A DNA stretch of 64,000 nucleotides from a virus. A program made the position numbers and the translations under genes. The notes below the pieces were generated by a model. The model was not told the DNA's origin. It ran no database searches and saw only the letters and a program-made list of their open reading frames with translations. The stretch's first letter is position 1, and every line of letters begins with the position of its first letter. Shown here piece after piece: positions 40,957 to 49,143 of this stretch. The DNA lies in the IMG/VR virus record IMGVR_UViG_3300009159_008968, positions 32,001 to 96,000 of that record. One strand, given 5' to 3'.

Positions 40957-41835
40957 TTATATTTTTGCATTAGGCCAGAATAATTTTGGAGTAATAGGAA
41001 TATCACCATCAAAATTATGACTGCAATTAGTACAAGTATAATTTGTTTCTAATAATAAGCCCGGCTCAACTTCTGCTACATATTCACGTAAATACAAACT
41101 ATCAAGAGCTGGCATATTAGAAATAGCTTTTTTAATTTGTAATTTGTCTCTATTACCATTTACTTCCATAATTTGTAATAAAAATCTTTCAGTTAAAAGA
41201 TTAGAATAAACTACACCTTTTTTACCTTTTTTGTTTTTTCCAGTTAATTGAGCAAGATAATTTTCATCTTTTCCATTTAATAACCTGAATTTAACTTTCC
41301 ATTTTGTTTTAGGAAGCTCCATTAAAAATTCTCCATTAGAATCAGGTGTTGTTTCAAGAAGCTTAGGTTCAATATTAGAAATTTTGACAATTGTTGTGAA
41401 ATCTTCACTACAAGAAGGGCAACCAATCTTTACTTCATAATCATCACCATAACCTTCTTTTCTCAAATACATCAAAACTGCATTTCTATCTCCAACAAGC
41501 ATATCATCAGCATTTAGAGAACTATCAATAATTGCATTATCCAAAAGAACGTCTAATACCTTACCATTTCTGATCAAATCCGCTGACGTAAGAATATTTT
41601 CATCTTCTGCTGTAAGATGTTTAATTTTTACAGAACCTTGTTTGTTTTTGTAAAAAACACCTTTTGATGGTAATTGAATTGTGTCTGTAATTACTGGAAA
41701 TTCATCATCTACAATCTGATTTAACATATAATCAGGAAGTTCTGCATTATTCATTACAGCTGCAGCAGCTTGTACTTTTTCTTGGTCTACCGGTTTTTTG
41801 GCACCTAGATTTACGACATTATCTTGTTCGCTCAT
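40957..41835 (-). CDS. Baseplate hub assembly chaperone, T4 gp26-like (paralog 2)
   Basis: IQLPSKGVFY, HLTAEDENILT, VGDRNAVL..LR..GYG, CPSC, CTNC, PITPKLFWP. Confidence 0.82.
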   Translation of the reverse strand: MSEQDNVVNLGAKKPVDQEKVQAAAAVMNNAELPDYMLNQIVDDEFPVITDTIQLPSKGVFYKNKQGSVKIKHLTAEDENILTSADLIRNGKVLDVLLDNAIIDSSLNADDMLVGDRNAVLMYLRKEGYGDDYEVKIGCPSCSEDFTTIVKISNIEPKLLETTPDSNGEFLMELPKTKWKVKFRLLNGKDENYLAQLTGKNKKGKKGVVYSNLLTERFLLQIMEVNGNRDKLQIKKAISNMPALDSLYLREYVAEVEPGLLLETNYTCTNCSHNFDGDIPITPKLFWPNAKI

Positions 41836-41921
41836 AATTTTTTTTATTATTTTTTAAGTATAACTATATTTCAAAAAAAATATAGCATTAAATTAAAAAA
41901 AAAAGCGATTAATGTGAACTA

Positions 41922-42365
41922 TTAATTTATTTTTTTTAAAAGTTCTGACTTAATAAAATCAGGATTATCATAAATATCATGTTCCCAAAATCTTATAATA
42001 TCATAACCTAAACCTTTGGCTAAGATATCTTTATCCCTATCATTTCTTTGAGATTTTTTTTGAACTTCGTTTAATTCCGAATACTCTTTTCCGTATCCGT
42101 GCCAATAGTCACCATCAACTTCGATCAAAAGATTAATTTTTGGAATATAATAATCGAAAATCTTGTCCTTAACTATTTTTTGTGAAAAGTGATATATGTT
42201 TAATTCATCTAAAATTAAACCCAACTGAACTTCAGGTCCGGTTGGGTTTAAATGCATTTTTTTTGCCTGACGCTCTATATAGTTTTTTTTCTGAGTAGGT
42301 GTTTTAGGTATTTTAAGCTTCTTTTTCTCTTGCTTCAATAACCAGTTGATCTTGGATTTTGACAT
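41922..42365 (-). CDS. Vsr/DUF559-like endonuclease
   Basis: FDYYIPKINLLIEVDGDYWHG...DKDILAKGLGYDIIRFWEHDI. Confidence 0.85.
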   Translation of the reverse strand: MSKSKINWLLKQEKKKLKIPKTPTQKKNYIERQAKKMHLNPTGPEVQLGLILDELNIYHFSQKIVKDKIFDYYIPKINLLIEVDGDYWHGYGKEYSELNEVQKKSQRNDRDKDILAKGLGYDIIRFWEHDIYDNPDFIKSELLKKIN

Positions 42366-43440
42366 ATTCTAATAAATAGAAATGTTTTCTTATTTCTATC
42401 AATAAATCATTAACAAAATTCATATCAACATTATCTGGAAGATTAGATTCAATATAAAGTTTATCAATTTCTTTTATTTCATCTTCTGCATGTTGAATCA
42501 GATCCTCTAAATTTACTTTGCCTTGCCTGATTGAAATTAAAAACTCGGCATTTGGTCTACGAACATTAATTCCTTGCCCCAAAGCAATCTCTTTTGCCAT
42601 ATCCAATAACCTACGAGTATGCATCATATTTTTACCATCAATAGATTGTTGGTGATTTTCAATCTCAACATAACGCTGAGTATTTCTGTTCTTTAACCAC
42701 TCTTCGTATTCTTTGTATTTACGACAATGCATAGAATATCCGTCTTCGTTGTAATAGAATATGCAAGTATGCTGCATATCTTTTGGAATATTACTTAATC
42801 GAATTTTATTTGAATTTTCAACAACAATTCCTCTGAAACCAATACTAGATTCTAAATTACTATCAAAAAAAAGAGCATACATATCCCTAGCATGAGGAAT
42901 TTTTGAAATACCACAAAATTTTTGATCAATTCCATTTTGTTTTAGAAAATCAATTAATGGAATAGTTTTTTGCCCTTCTACAACATAACAAAAATCAAGT
43001 GGTCCTTTGCGAGTTACTTGTGATTGCTCCCAATTCATTTTTTTATTTAAACCCTGAGCTTTTGATATTTGTTGACGAGCATAACCTCCAAAGCTATTAC
43101 GACAATTTTTAGTAATAAATTTTTCTTTATTTTCTAAAATCATGTCCATAACAGGATGTTTATAAACAATACAATCTTCAGAAATATTCAATAATTCTAA
43201 AACGGTTGGATTGTTTGATGCTAGAAGTTCTAAAAATCTTCTTATTTCATAATAAACAATATCATTTTTTGAATCATTAACTTGATCACGATAACCAAAT
43301 CCAAGAATATCATCTAAAGATTGTAAATAAATTCCTGAATAATCAGTATCGGAGCTTGGTAAGTTTGTCCCATAAGCATGGGAACCTCTGATTACTTTAT
43401 AAATTAAAATCCCCTGTTTTTCAACTTCTTGTACTGTCAT
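42313..43440 (-). CDS. Pol-beta-superfamily nucleotidyltransferase (RlaP-like)
   Basis: IRGSHAYGTNLPSSDTDYSGIY, YEIRRFLELL..NNPTVLELL, DGKNMMHTRRLL. Confidence 0.88.
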   Translation of the reverse strand: MTVQEVEKQGILIYKVIRGSHAYGTNLPSSDTDYSGIYLQSLDDILGFGYRDQVNDSKNDIVYYEIRRFLELLASNNPTVLELLNISEDCIVYKHPVMDMILENKEKFITKNCRNSFGGYARQQISKAQGLNKKMNWEQSQVTRKGPLDFCYVVEGQKTIPLIDFLKQNGIDQKFCGISKIPHARDMYALFFDSNLESSIGFRGIVVENSNKIRLSNIPKDMQHTCIFYYNEDGYSMHCRKYKEYEEWLKNRNTQRYVEIENHQQSIDGKNMMHTRRLLDMAKEIALGQGINVRRPNAEFLISIRQGKVNLEDLIQHAEDEIKEIDKLYIESNLPDNVDMNFVNDLLIEIRKHFYLLEYVKIQDQLVIEAREKEA

Positions 43441-43457
43441 TTTAAAATTTATTTATT

Positions 43458-43490
43458 TAATTTAAACGAATTTTTTTTGTTAAAGTTACA
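43458..43490 (-). promoter_or_regulatory. ECF-sigma-like promoter TGTAAC-N16-CGTTTAAATTA
   Basis: Second copy of the motif, upstream of the nucleotidyltransferase. Confidence 0.65.
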
Positions 43491-43520
43491 AAAAAACCCA
43501 CTCTTTTTTAAGGAGTGGGT
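43491..43520 (-). terminator. Rho-independent terminator
   Basis: ACCCACTC stem pairs with GAGTGGGT; the minus strand is followed by TTTTT. Confidence 0.8.
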
Positions 43521-43563
43521 CTAACAACTAAAAACTAACTAAAACTATGAACAATAAAAATCT

Positions 43564-44445
43564 TTATTTTTTTGTATGTCTTTCACTAGCATGATATGGA
43601 AGGTGTTTTACACGATCTCTAGGCTGCAAATTAATTGCACTAAAAGCTAAATTTTCTTCTTCTAAATTCTCATCTTTTGAACCAATTATTGCTTTTTGTA
43701 AATGATCTGGCAATTTGGATTGTTTTCCTTTTAATTTAGGATCATTATCATATTTATTAGTAAATTCATTTTCTTCTTCTAAACTTTCGTCTGCTGAACC
43801 TTTTTTATTGATAATTGCTTTCTGTAAATGATCTGGTAATTTAGACTGCTTTCCTTTTAATTTAGGATCATTATCATATTTATCAGTGAATTCGATTTCC
43901 TCTTCTAATTCTTCATCTAGAGTTTTAGAAACTGGGCTATGATAAGGAAGATTTTCTTTGTTACGACCCGGAGTTCTAGTTTTGTCTGGGAAAGCTAACA
44001 TTTTTTCATCCATTTCTTGTTGTAAATTTTCACAACATTCATCGCACCATCCTTTTGCCTCATCTTCTGAATCAAAATATTCATTATCATGTACATCATC
44101 ATTTTTCAAAATAATAGCAAGCCATTTATTTGAAGCGTTGATTCCATCTCTTGGAGATATGATTTTGCTATCAAAATTACCAACAGACATAGGCTCAACA
44201 CGATCAAATTCCATTTCCTCTTCCATATCTTCTGCTAATTCTTTTGCTTGAGCAGTAGCTATAGCATACGTTTTTGGAGTTTTGCCATATTTTGGTTTAA
44301 GAGCTTTGACTAATTCTTCTTTCTTTTTTTCTTCAGCAGGAGTCAAAGGCCTTTCTTGAATATACCCATCTCCGGGCATTTCCATGATGTTTTTTACTGC
44401 TTCACGAACAATTTGTCTTAAATTATTTTTAATATTCTCTGCCAT
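43564..44445 (-). CDS. Acidic protein with internal duplications, probable head/prohead-core-associated protein
   Basis: LRQIVREAV N-terminal helix; FT(D/N)KYDNDPKLKGKQSKLPDHLQKAII twice (126 nt apart); motif shared with the scaffold; TATTTAT upstream. Confidence 0.7.
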   Translation of the reverse strand: MAENIKNNLRQIVREAVKNIMEMPGDGYIQERPLTPAEEKKKEELVKALKPKYGKTPKTYAIATAQAKELAEDMEEEMEFDRVEPMSVGNFDSKIISPRDGINASNKWLAIILKNDDVHDNEYFDSEDEAKGWCDECCENLQQEMDEKMLAFPDKTRTPGRNKENLPYHSPVSKTLDEELEEEIEFTDKYDNDPKLKGKQSKLPDHLQKAIINKKGSADESLEEENEFTNKYDNDPKLKGKQSKLPDHLQKAIIGSKDENLEEENLAFSAINLQPRDRVKHLPYHASERHTKK

Positions 44446-44480
44446 TTTTTTATTACTATAATAATAAATAGAGAAAAAAA

Positions 44481-44807
44481 TTAATCAATGACGTTTAGGT
44501 TTTTGATCCCTTCTTTTTTAAAAGTTTTTTGAGAAATGTGCTTTGGATTTAATCCTTTTGATTCTACATACTCTTGCAAAGTCATAAAAATATCGGAATA
44601 GTATTCTTCAATAGTTTTTTCATAAGCCAAAATTTGCTCATCGGTTAAACTTTCCTTTATTACTTCAATTCCTGATATGTATTTAACTTCATTTTTTTCA
44701 AAATCTTTATAATTATTATAACTTTCTTTTAAAAAAGAAGGGTTTAGAATTTGACGTTCAGTTTTGGAACCGTCTTCTTTTATGTACTGAAATTTAGCTT
44801 TCTTCAT
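44481..44807 (-). CDS. Hypothetical protein
   Basis: 108-aa ORF. Confidence 0.6.
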   Translation of the reverse strand: MKKAKFQYIKEDGSKTERQILNPSFLKESYNNYKDFEKNEVKYISGIEVIKESLTDEQILAYEKTIEEYYSDIFMTLQEYVESKGLNPKHISQKTFKKEGIKNLNVID

Positions 44808-44895
44808 TTTTTTATAGTTTATAGAGCTGAAATTAAAAAAATTTTTTAATATTTAATAATAACAAAACAAAAACTTTTATAAAACTTTTAAAAAA

Positions 44896-45399
44896 ATGCT
44901 TAAAGACAACAATTTGATGTGTGGATATGAATCATTTAAAGATCTTTTTAAGAGTGCTTTTGGAACAGAACATTTACACGCTAATATGATTATGGCCTCT
45001 TTAGGTGCAGTGATTACATTTATTACTTCATACATTTATGATGACCCTCAAGCAATTTTTGTTTTGATGGGTATGATTGCTTTTGATTCTATTACCGGGA
45101 TAATGAAAGCATTTAAAAACGGAACATTTTCATCAGCTAAACTTCCAAGAATATTAGTAATAATGTTGGTTTATACAGGGTTATTATCTCTAGGTTGGAA
45201 CTTAGCTAAAGTTGATGAATTATTTAGTTGGGTTCCCGGAACATTATATTTTGGATTTATAACCACATTGGTAATCTCAATAATTGAAAATTTATATCAA
45301 TTAAATATAATTTCTGATAACATGTATAAATTCATGAAGAAAAAAATGGCATTGGTTCAGGAATTCTTTTTCGGCAAAAACCTAAAAAATAATCCTTAA
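44896..45399 (+). CDS. Holin (Phage_holin_4_1-like)
   Basis: Several transmembrane segments; FDSITGIMKA...FSSAKL and SIIENL are typical of this holin family. Confidence 0.8.
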   Translation: MLKDNNLMCGYESFKDLFKSAFGTEHLHANMIMASLGAVITFITSYIYDDPQAIFVLMGMIAFDSITGIMKAFKNGTFSSAKLPRILVIMLVYTGLLSLGWNLAKVDELFSWVPGTLYFGFITTLVISIIENLYQLNIISDNMYKFMKKKMALVQEFFFGKNLKNNP

Positions 45400-48032
45400 A
45401 CAATAACTTTTCTAAAAGGTGCTGATAAATTAAAATTTAAGAAACCTTTTTTATTTTTGAAGAATTTTGTAACATAAAAACAGTTTGCCTCCAGCATAAC
45501 TCTTAGTTTTTCATACATATCGTTATTCATAGTTACTTTTTTTAATGCAGATCCATCTGATATTGTTATTATATAATAATTTGATCCGTCCCAAGTAGCA
45601 ATTTTTTTCTCCATATGAGTAATCATAAAATAATAAAATTTATTAATATCCTCAAAATTAAGAGCAGAATCAATATTCAATCCAGTTGCTTTCATAAATT
45701 GTTCTTTAACACTAGCAATCTTATTAAGCAAATTCAGATCCAACGAACAAACCTCCAAAAATTCGGCATACCTTTGTTCATCTGTAGTTTTCTGTAAATT
45801 TTTATCTATTTTTCTTTCTGCAACAGTTAAAACAGTATCAACCTCACCACTGAATAAATCAATTTGATTCGTCTGTTTATATTTTATTTGCTTTATCTCT
45901 TTTAATTCTTCACGGGATTTTGACCAATCATCAAACAATCCTGCTTTCAAACAAGATTCAAAATTAGTTTTATTGAATTTGGACCATTTAGTAGAAAAGA
46001 ATTCCTCTTTATCCATTAGTTCAACTTTGTTATTTTTTAATTCCTTAAATGCTATTTCTCCCATTCCATTTATAGATGAATAACCCATGGCAATTATCTT
46101 ATCATCAATAATTGTCCAATCCCAATTAGATTTTCTATTGGGTGGAACAATCTTAATTCCCTTTGACATTGTGGAAATAATTGCGGAATTTAACCACGCT
46201 TTGTTTTTTTCTAAATCATTTCCAGATTTAGGGTGATTTAGAAGAGCACAATAAAATTCAGTAGGATAATAGTGTTTCAAATACAAAGTTTGAGCTGCAA
46301 CATATGAATAGCTCAAACTGTGACTATTACTTACACATATTTCATTTGCATAAAAATTATGGAATAGACTTTCAATTTCAAGGTCGATAGTTTCTTCAAA
46401 AGAAGAAAATTCAGCTTTAACGATGTTTTCAAATTCAGAAACTTTGACTTTAAAACCTTTTTCAATAATTTCTGCAAGTTTTAACATGCCGTTTTCAGTA
46501 AGTAATTTATGATCAAGCGTACATTTTAAGCTTGCCCCAGACTCAGTTTCTAATTTCCAAATTTCTTTTTTTCCATTATAATATACTTCTAAAACTTGAT
46601 TATATTCATCAGTCTTGTTTATAGGGTTATAACTTTTAATTTGATCTCCTTTCTTTATTTCTGTTATTGGAATTTGACCTTTAATTTTATCAATAACAAT
46701 AGTATCAAATGATAAGCATTTGTTAAATGAATATCCTAAATATTTAATTAACCAAGATTCAATTTTTTCAACATCTTCAACAGATAAACCTTTTGCAATA
46801 GCACCATCAATAAACTTTCTCCATAATTCCTTATAAGATTTATAATTTTTATTATTTTCCTCATCTTCAGTCAACTCTTTTCCCTCTAATTTTTTGGATA
46901 TTATTTTTCCGGCACCATCCATTGCTTTACGTAAATTATCACCTTCTCCTAAACTCATTCCTCCAATTTGGTTTGCAATAAACATTAATTGTTCTTGATA
47001 AATTAACACACCATTTGTTTCTTCTAATAGTGGAATTAAAATATCATGAGCATAAGTTCTTTTCTTTGGTTCGAATTTATTTTTAATAAATTCTTCATGA
47101 GCTTTAATTCCCATTGGACCGGGACGATACAATGCATTGGCTGCTACTAATTCATCAAAATTTTCACATTTCATTGCCTTTAACATAGCATTCATTCCCT
47201 CAGACTCAAACTGAAATATACCTTGATTGAATCCTAATCTTAATTCTTCATAAAGATTTTTATCTTCTAAATTAACATAATCAACTTCTAATTGAACTCT
47301 GTCAGCAAATTCATCACCATGTCTTTCACGAATATATTTTAAACAATCTTTTATTACGTTTAATGTTTCTAATTTTAAACGATCAAGTTTCAATATTCCA
47401 ATTGATGATAAATCTTTTGCGTTTCCTGATTCTTGGAAGCCAGATACTATTTGACCTTTACAAATATTTACTGGCATACTTTCCCAAATAGGACCCGGAG
47501 TTATTACAATGCCAGCAGCATGTTTTCCAAGATTTCTTAATTGGCCTTGTAATTTTAAAGTATTATCAATTATCTCCTTATTCTCACCATGTAAAATCCA
47601 AGTTCTAACTCTTTCAGAACAAAGTGCATTATTTGGCCATTGAATAAACCATTCTTCTAAAGAACAATCCCACTTTGTTGGCATTTCTTTAGTAACAGCA
47701 AATACATCACTTTCAAAACCTGTATCTTGACCTAATGCTCTAGCAACATCTTTTAAACAACCTTTTTCATTGAAGGTTCCGAATGTGACTACAGGAACAA
47801 CTCTTTCCCTACCATATTTTTCATATAAGAAATTTAATGTTGTTTCGTCTGTACCTGCTTCGAAATCAATGTCAATATCTGGATTGCTATTGTGAACTAA
47901 TACACTATTAATCAATTGATTACAAGTGATTCCAGCAAAAAATAAGTGATCTTTTTCTAATACTAAATCATAAAAAGTATTATAATCTTTTTTATTAACC
48001 TGTTTTATACTTTTTATTTTAGAAATTTTCAT
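45396..48032 (-). CDS. dnaE: DNA polymerase III alpha, C-terminal half: split-intein C fragment, PDIDIDF palm, mini-intein, thumb/OB region
   Basis: HN|SNPDIDIDF, KHAAGIVI, IFQFES, ANALYRPGP, GVLIYQEQLM, YSFNK...SHSLSY, YLKHYYPTEFYCALLN. Confidence 0.93.
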   Translation of the reverse strand: MKISKIKSIKQVNKKDYNTFYDLVLEKDHLFFAGITCNQLINSVLVHNSNPDIDIDFEAGTDETTLNFLYEKYGRERVVPVVTFGTFNEKGCLKDVARALGQDTGFESDVFAVTKEMPTKWDCSLEEWFIQWPNNALCSERVRTWILHGENKEIIDNTLKLQGQLRNLGKHAAGIVITPGPIWESMPVNICKGQIVSGFQESGNAKDLSSIGILKLDRLKLETLNVIKDCLKYIRERHGDEFADRVQLEVDYVNLEDKNLYEELRLGFNQGIFQFESEGMNAMLKAMKCENFDELVAANALYRPGPMGIKAHEEFIKNKFEPKKRTYAHDILIPLLEETNGVLIYQEQLMFIANQIGGMSLGEGDNLRKAMDGAGKIISKKLEGKELTEDEENNKNYKSYKELWRKFIDGAIAKGLSVEDVEKIESWLIKYLGYSFNKCLSFDTIVIDKIKGQIPITEIKKGDQIKSYNPINKTDEYNQVLEVYYNGKKEIWKLETESGASLKCTLDHKLLTENGMLKLAEIIEKGFKVKVSEFENIVKAEFSSFEETIDLEIESLFHNFYANEICVSNSHSLSYSYVAAQTLYLKHYYPTEFYCALLNHPKSGNDLEKNKAWLNSAIISTMSKGIKIVPPNRKSNWDWTIIDDKIIAMGYSSINGMGEIAFKELKNNKVELMDKEEFFSTKWSKFNKTNFESCLKAGLFDDWSKSREELKEIKQIKYKQTNQIDLFSGEVDTVLTVAERKIDKNLQKTTDEQRYAEFLEVCSLDLNLLNKIASVKEQFMKATGLNIDSALNFEDINKFYYFMITHMEKKIATWDGSNYYIITISDGSALKKVTMNNDMYEKLRVMLEANCFYVTKFFKNKKGFLNFNLSAPFRKVIV
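46326..46718 (-). mobile_element. Cis mini-intein (131 aa) at the FNK|SH site of DnaE
   Basis: CLSFDT..., block B CTLDHK, block F TIDLEI...HNFYAN, ends VSN before SHSLSY; no endonuclease domain. Confidence 0.92.
47889..48032 (-). mobile_element. Split intein C fragment (48 aa)
   Basis: MKISKIKSIK...FYDLVLEKDHLFFA...VLVHN followed by Ser+1. Confidence 0.9.
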
Positions 48033-48043
48033 TTTTTATTTTT

Positions 48044-49108
48044 TTACAAATTTAATAAAATTTGTTTAATATAATTTAACTGCTCTTCTTTGTTTTGTTT
48101 CCAATCTTTTTCCCAAATAGTCAAAATCTGAATGTTGTAATTATTTTTTATTTCACAAATTCTTTTTTTATCGTGTTCCCATATTTGTCCAGCGGTCATA
48201 TTTTTATAAGAGTGATTATAATCTCTATTATAAATTTCAGGATTACAATGCCAGTAATCACCATAAAATTCTATTGCAGTATTATATTTTGGAATAAAAA
48301 TATCTACTGTGTAAAAGTATTTATTGTCTATAAAAAAATTTTTACACCCCATTTTAATATTATTATTAGAAAAATATTCTTCTTCTAATAATTCAAGTGT
48401 TTCAACTACTTCATCACAAAAAGAAAATTCAATTTTAGAACAAGCTATATTTCTGTTATATCTATGCACTTTACTCTGCCATTCAATATCATTAAATAAG
48501 TTTGTAACACCATATTTATCATACATCGCCTTTTCGATTTTTTTATAATGTTCACCCCTTGTTAAAAACCACTTAACTCCATATTTTTTTTCTATTGTAT
48601 TTGAAATTTTATTTTTAATACCGGCGTTTTGAATTGGAGATGTAATATTTTCACCAAAATTTTCAGATAATTTCGTAGTATACTTTAATCTATATTCTTT
48701 AGTTTTATAGTATATTTCTTTAAAAATATTCTCTTTTAAATAATAACCTTTACTCCAAATTTTTTTTCCTTTTCTTCCCGGATGTAATTGAATAATCTCT
48801 TCTTTGTTAGTTAAGGGACAATTCTTAACCCAAAAGGAATTTGACAAATTACCAATAGAATCATCATTAAACTTAATAATATTTTTACCAAATTTATTAA
48901 AAAATATATTTTTTATATTTTTTCTTGATTTATTATGTATGATATTTTCTCCAATAAAGTTATTTAATGATATTTCAAGGTCAGTTTTATATTTCCAAAG
49001 TTTCTTTTCTTCTTCACTTGCTTTTTTTAATCCCCATAATTGGGATAGTTCATTTTCTAAATCATTTAAATTATTAAATTCTTTTTCTATTATACTGTTA
49101 TTATTCAT
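48044..49108 (-). CDS. Free-standing Vsr-like (PD-(D/E)xK) homing endonuclease between the split-intein halves
   Basis: VDIFIPKYNTAIEFYGDYWHCNP...ILTIWEKDW; KYGV repeats; read in a different frame from both DnaE halves. Confidence 0.85.
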   Translation of the reverse strand: MNNNSIIEKEFNNLNDLENELSQLWGLKKASEEEKKLWKYKTDLEISLNNFIGENIIHNKSRKNIKNIFFNKFGKNIIKFNDDSIGNLSNSFWVKNCPLTNKEEIIQLHPGRKGKKIWSKGYYLKENIFKEIYYKTKEYRLKYTTKLSENFGENITSPIQNAGIKNKISNTIEKKYGVKWFLTRGEHYKKIEKAMYDKYGVTNLFNDIEWQSKVHRYNRNIACSKIEFSFCDEVVETLELLEEEYFSNNNIKMGCKNFFIDNKYFYTVDIFIPKYNTAIEFYGDYWHCNPEIYNRDYNHSYKNMTAGQIWEHDKKRICEIKNNYNIQILTIWEKDWKQNKEEQLNYIKQILLNL

Positions 49109-49125
49109 TTGAAATCTTTTTCTAT

Positions 49126-49132
49126 ATAAATA
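49126..49132 (-). promoter_or_regulatory. TATTTAT motif upstream of the endonuclease gene
   Basis: Motif 17 nt before ATG 49108, within the 35-nt gap after the DnaE-N stop. Confidence 0.5.
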
Positions 49133-49143
49133 GAAATAGATTT

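Noticed and set aside
48033-49143. Group I intron explanation for the dnaE interruption
   Set aside because: The flanks are only 11 and 35 nt of AT-rich DNA, leaving no room for a ribozyme core. The break falls where natural split inteins are divided. Not formally excluded without RT-PCR.
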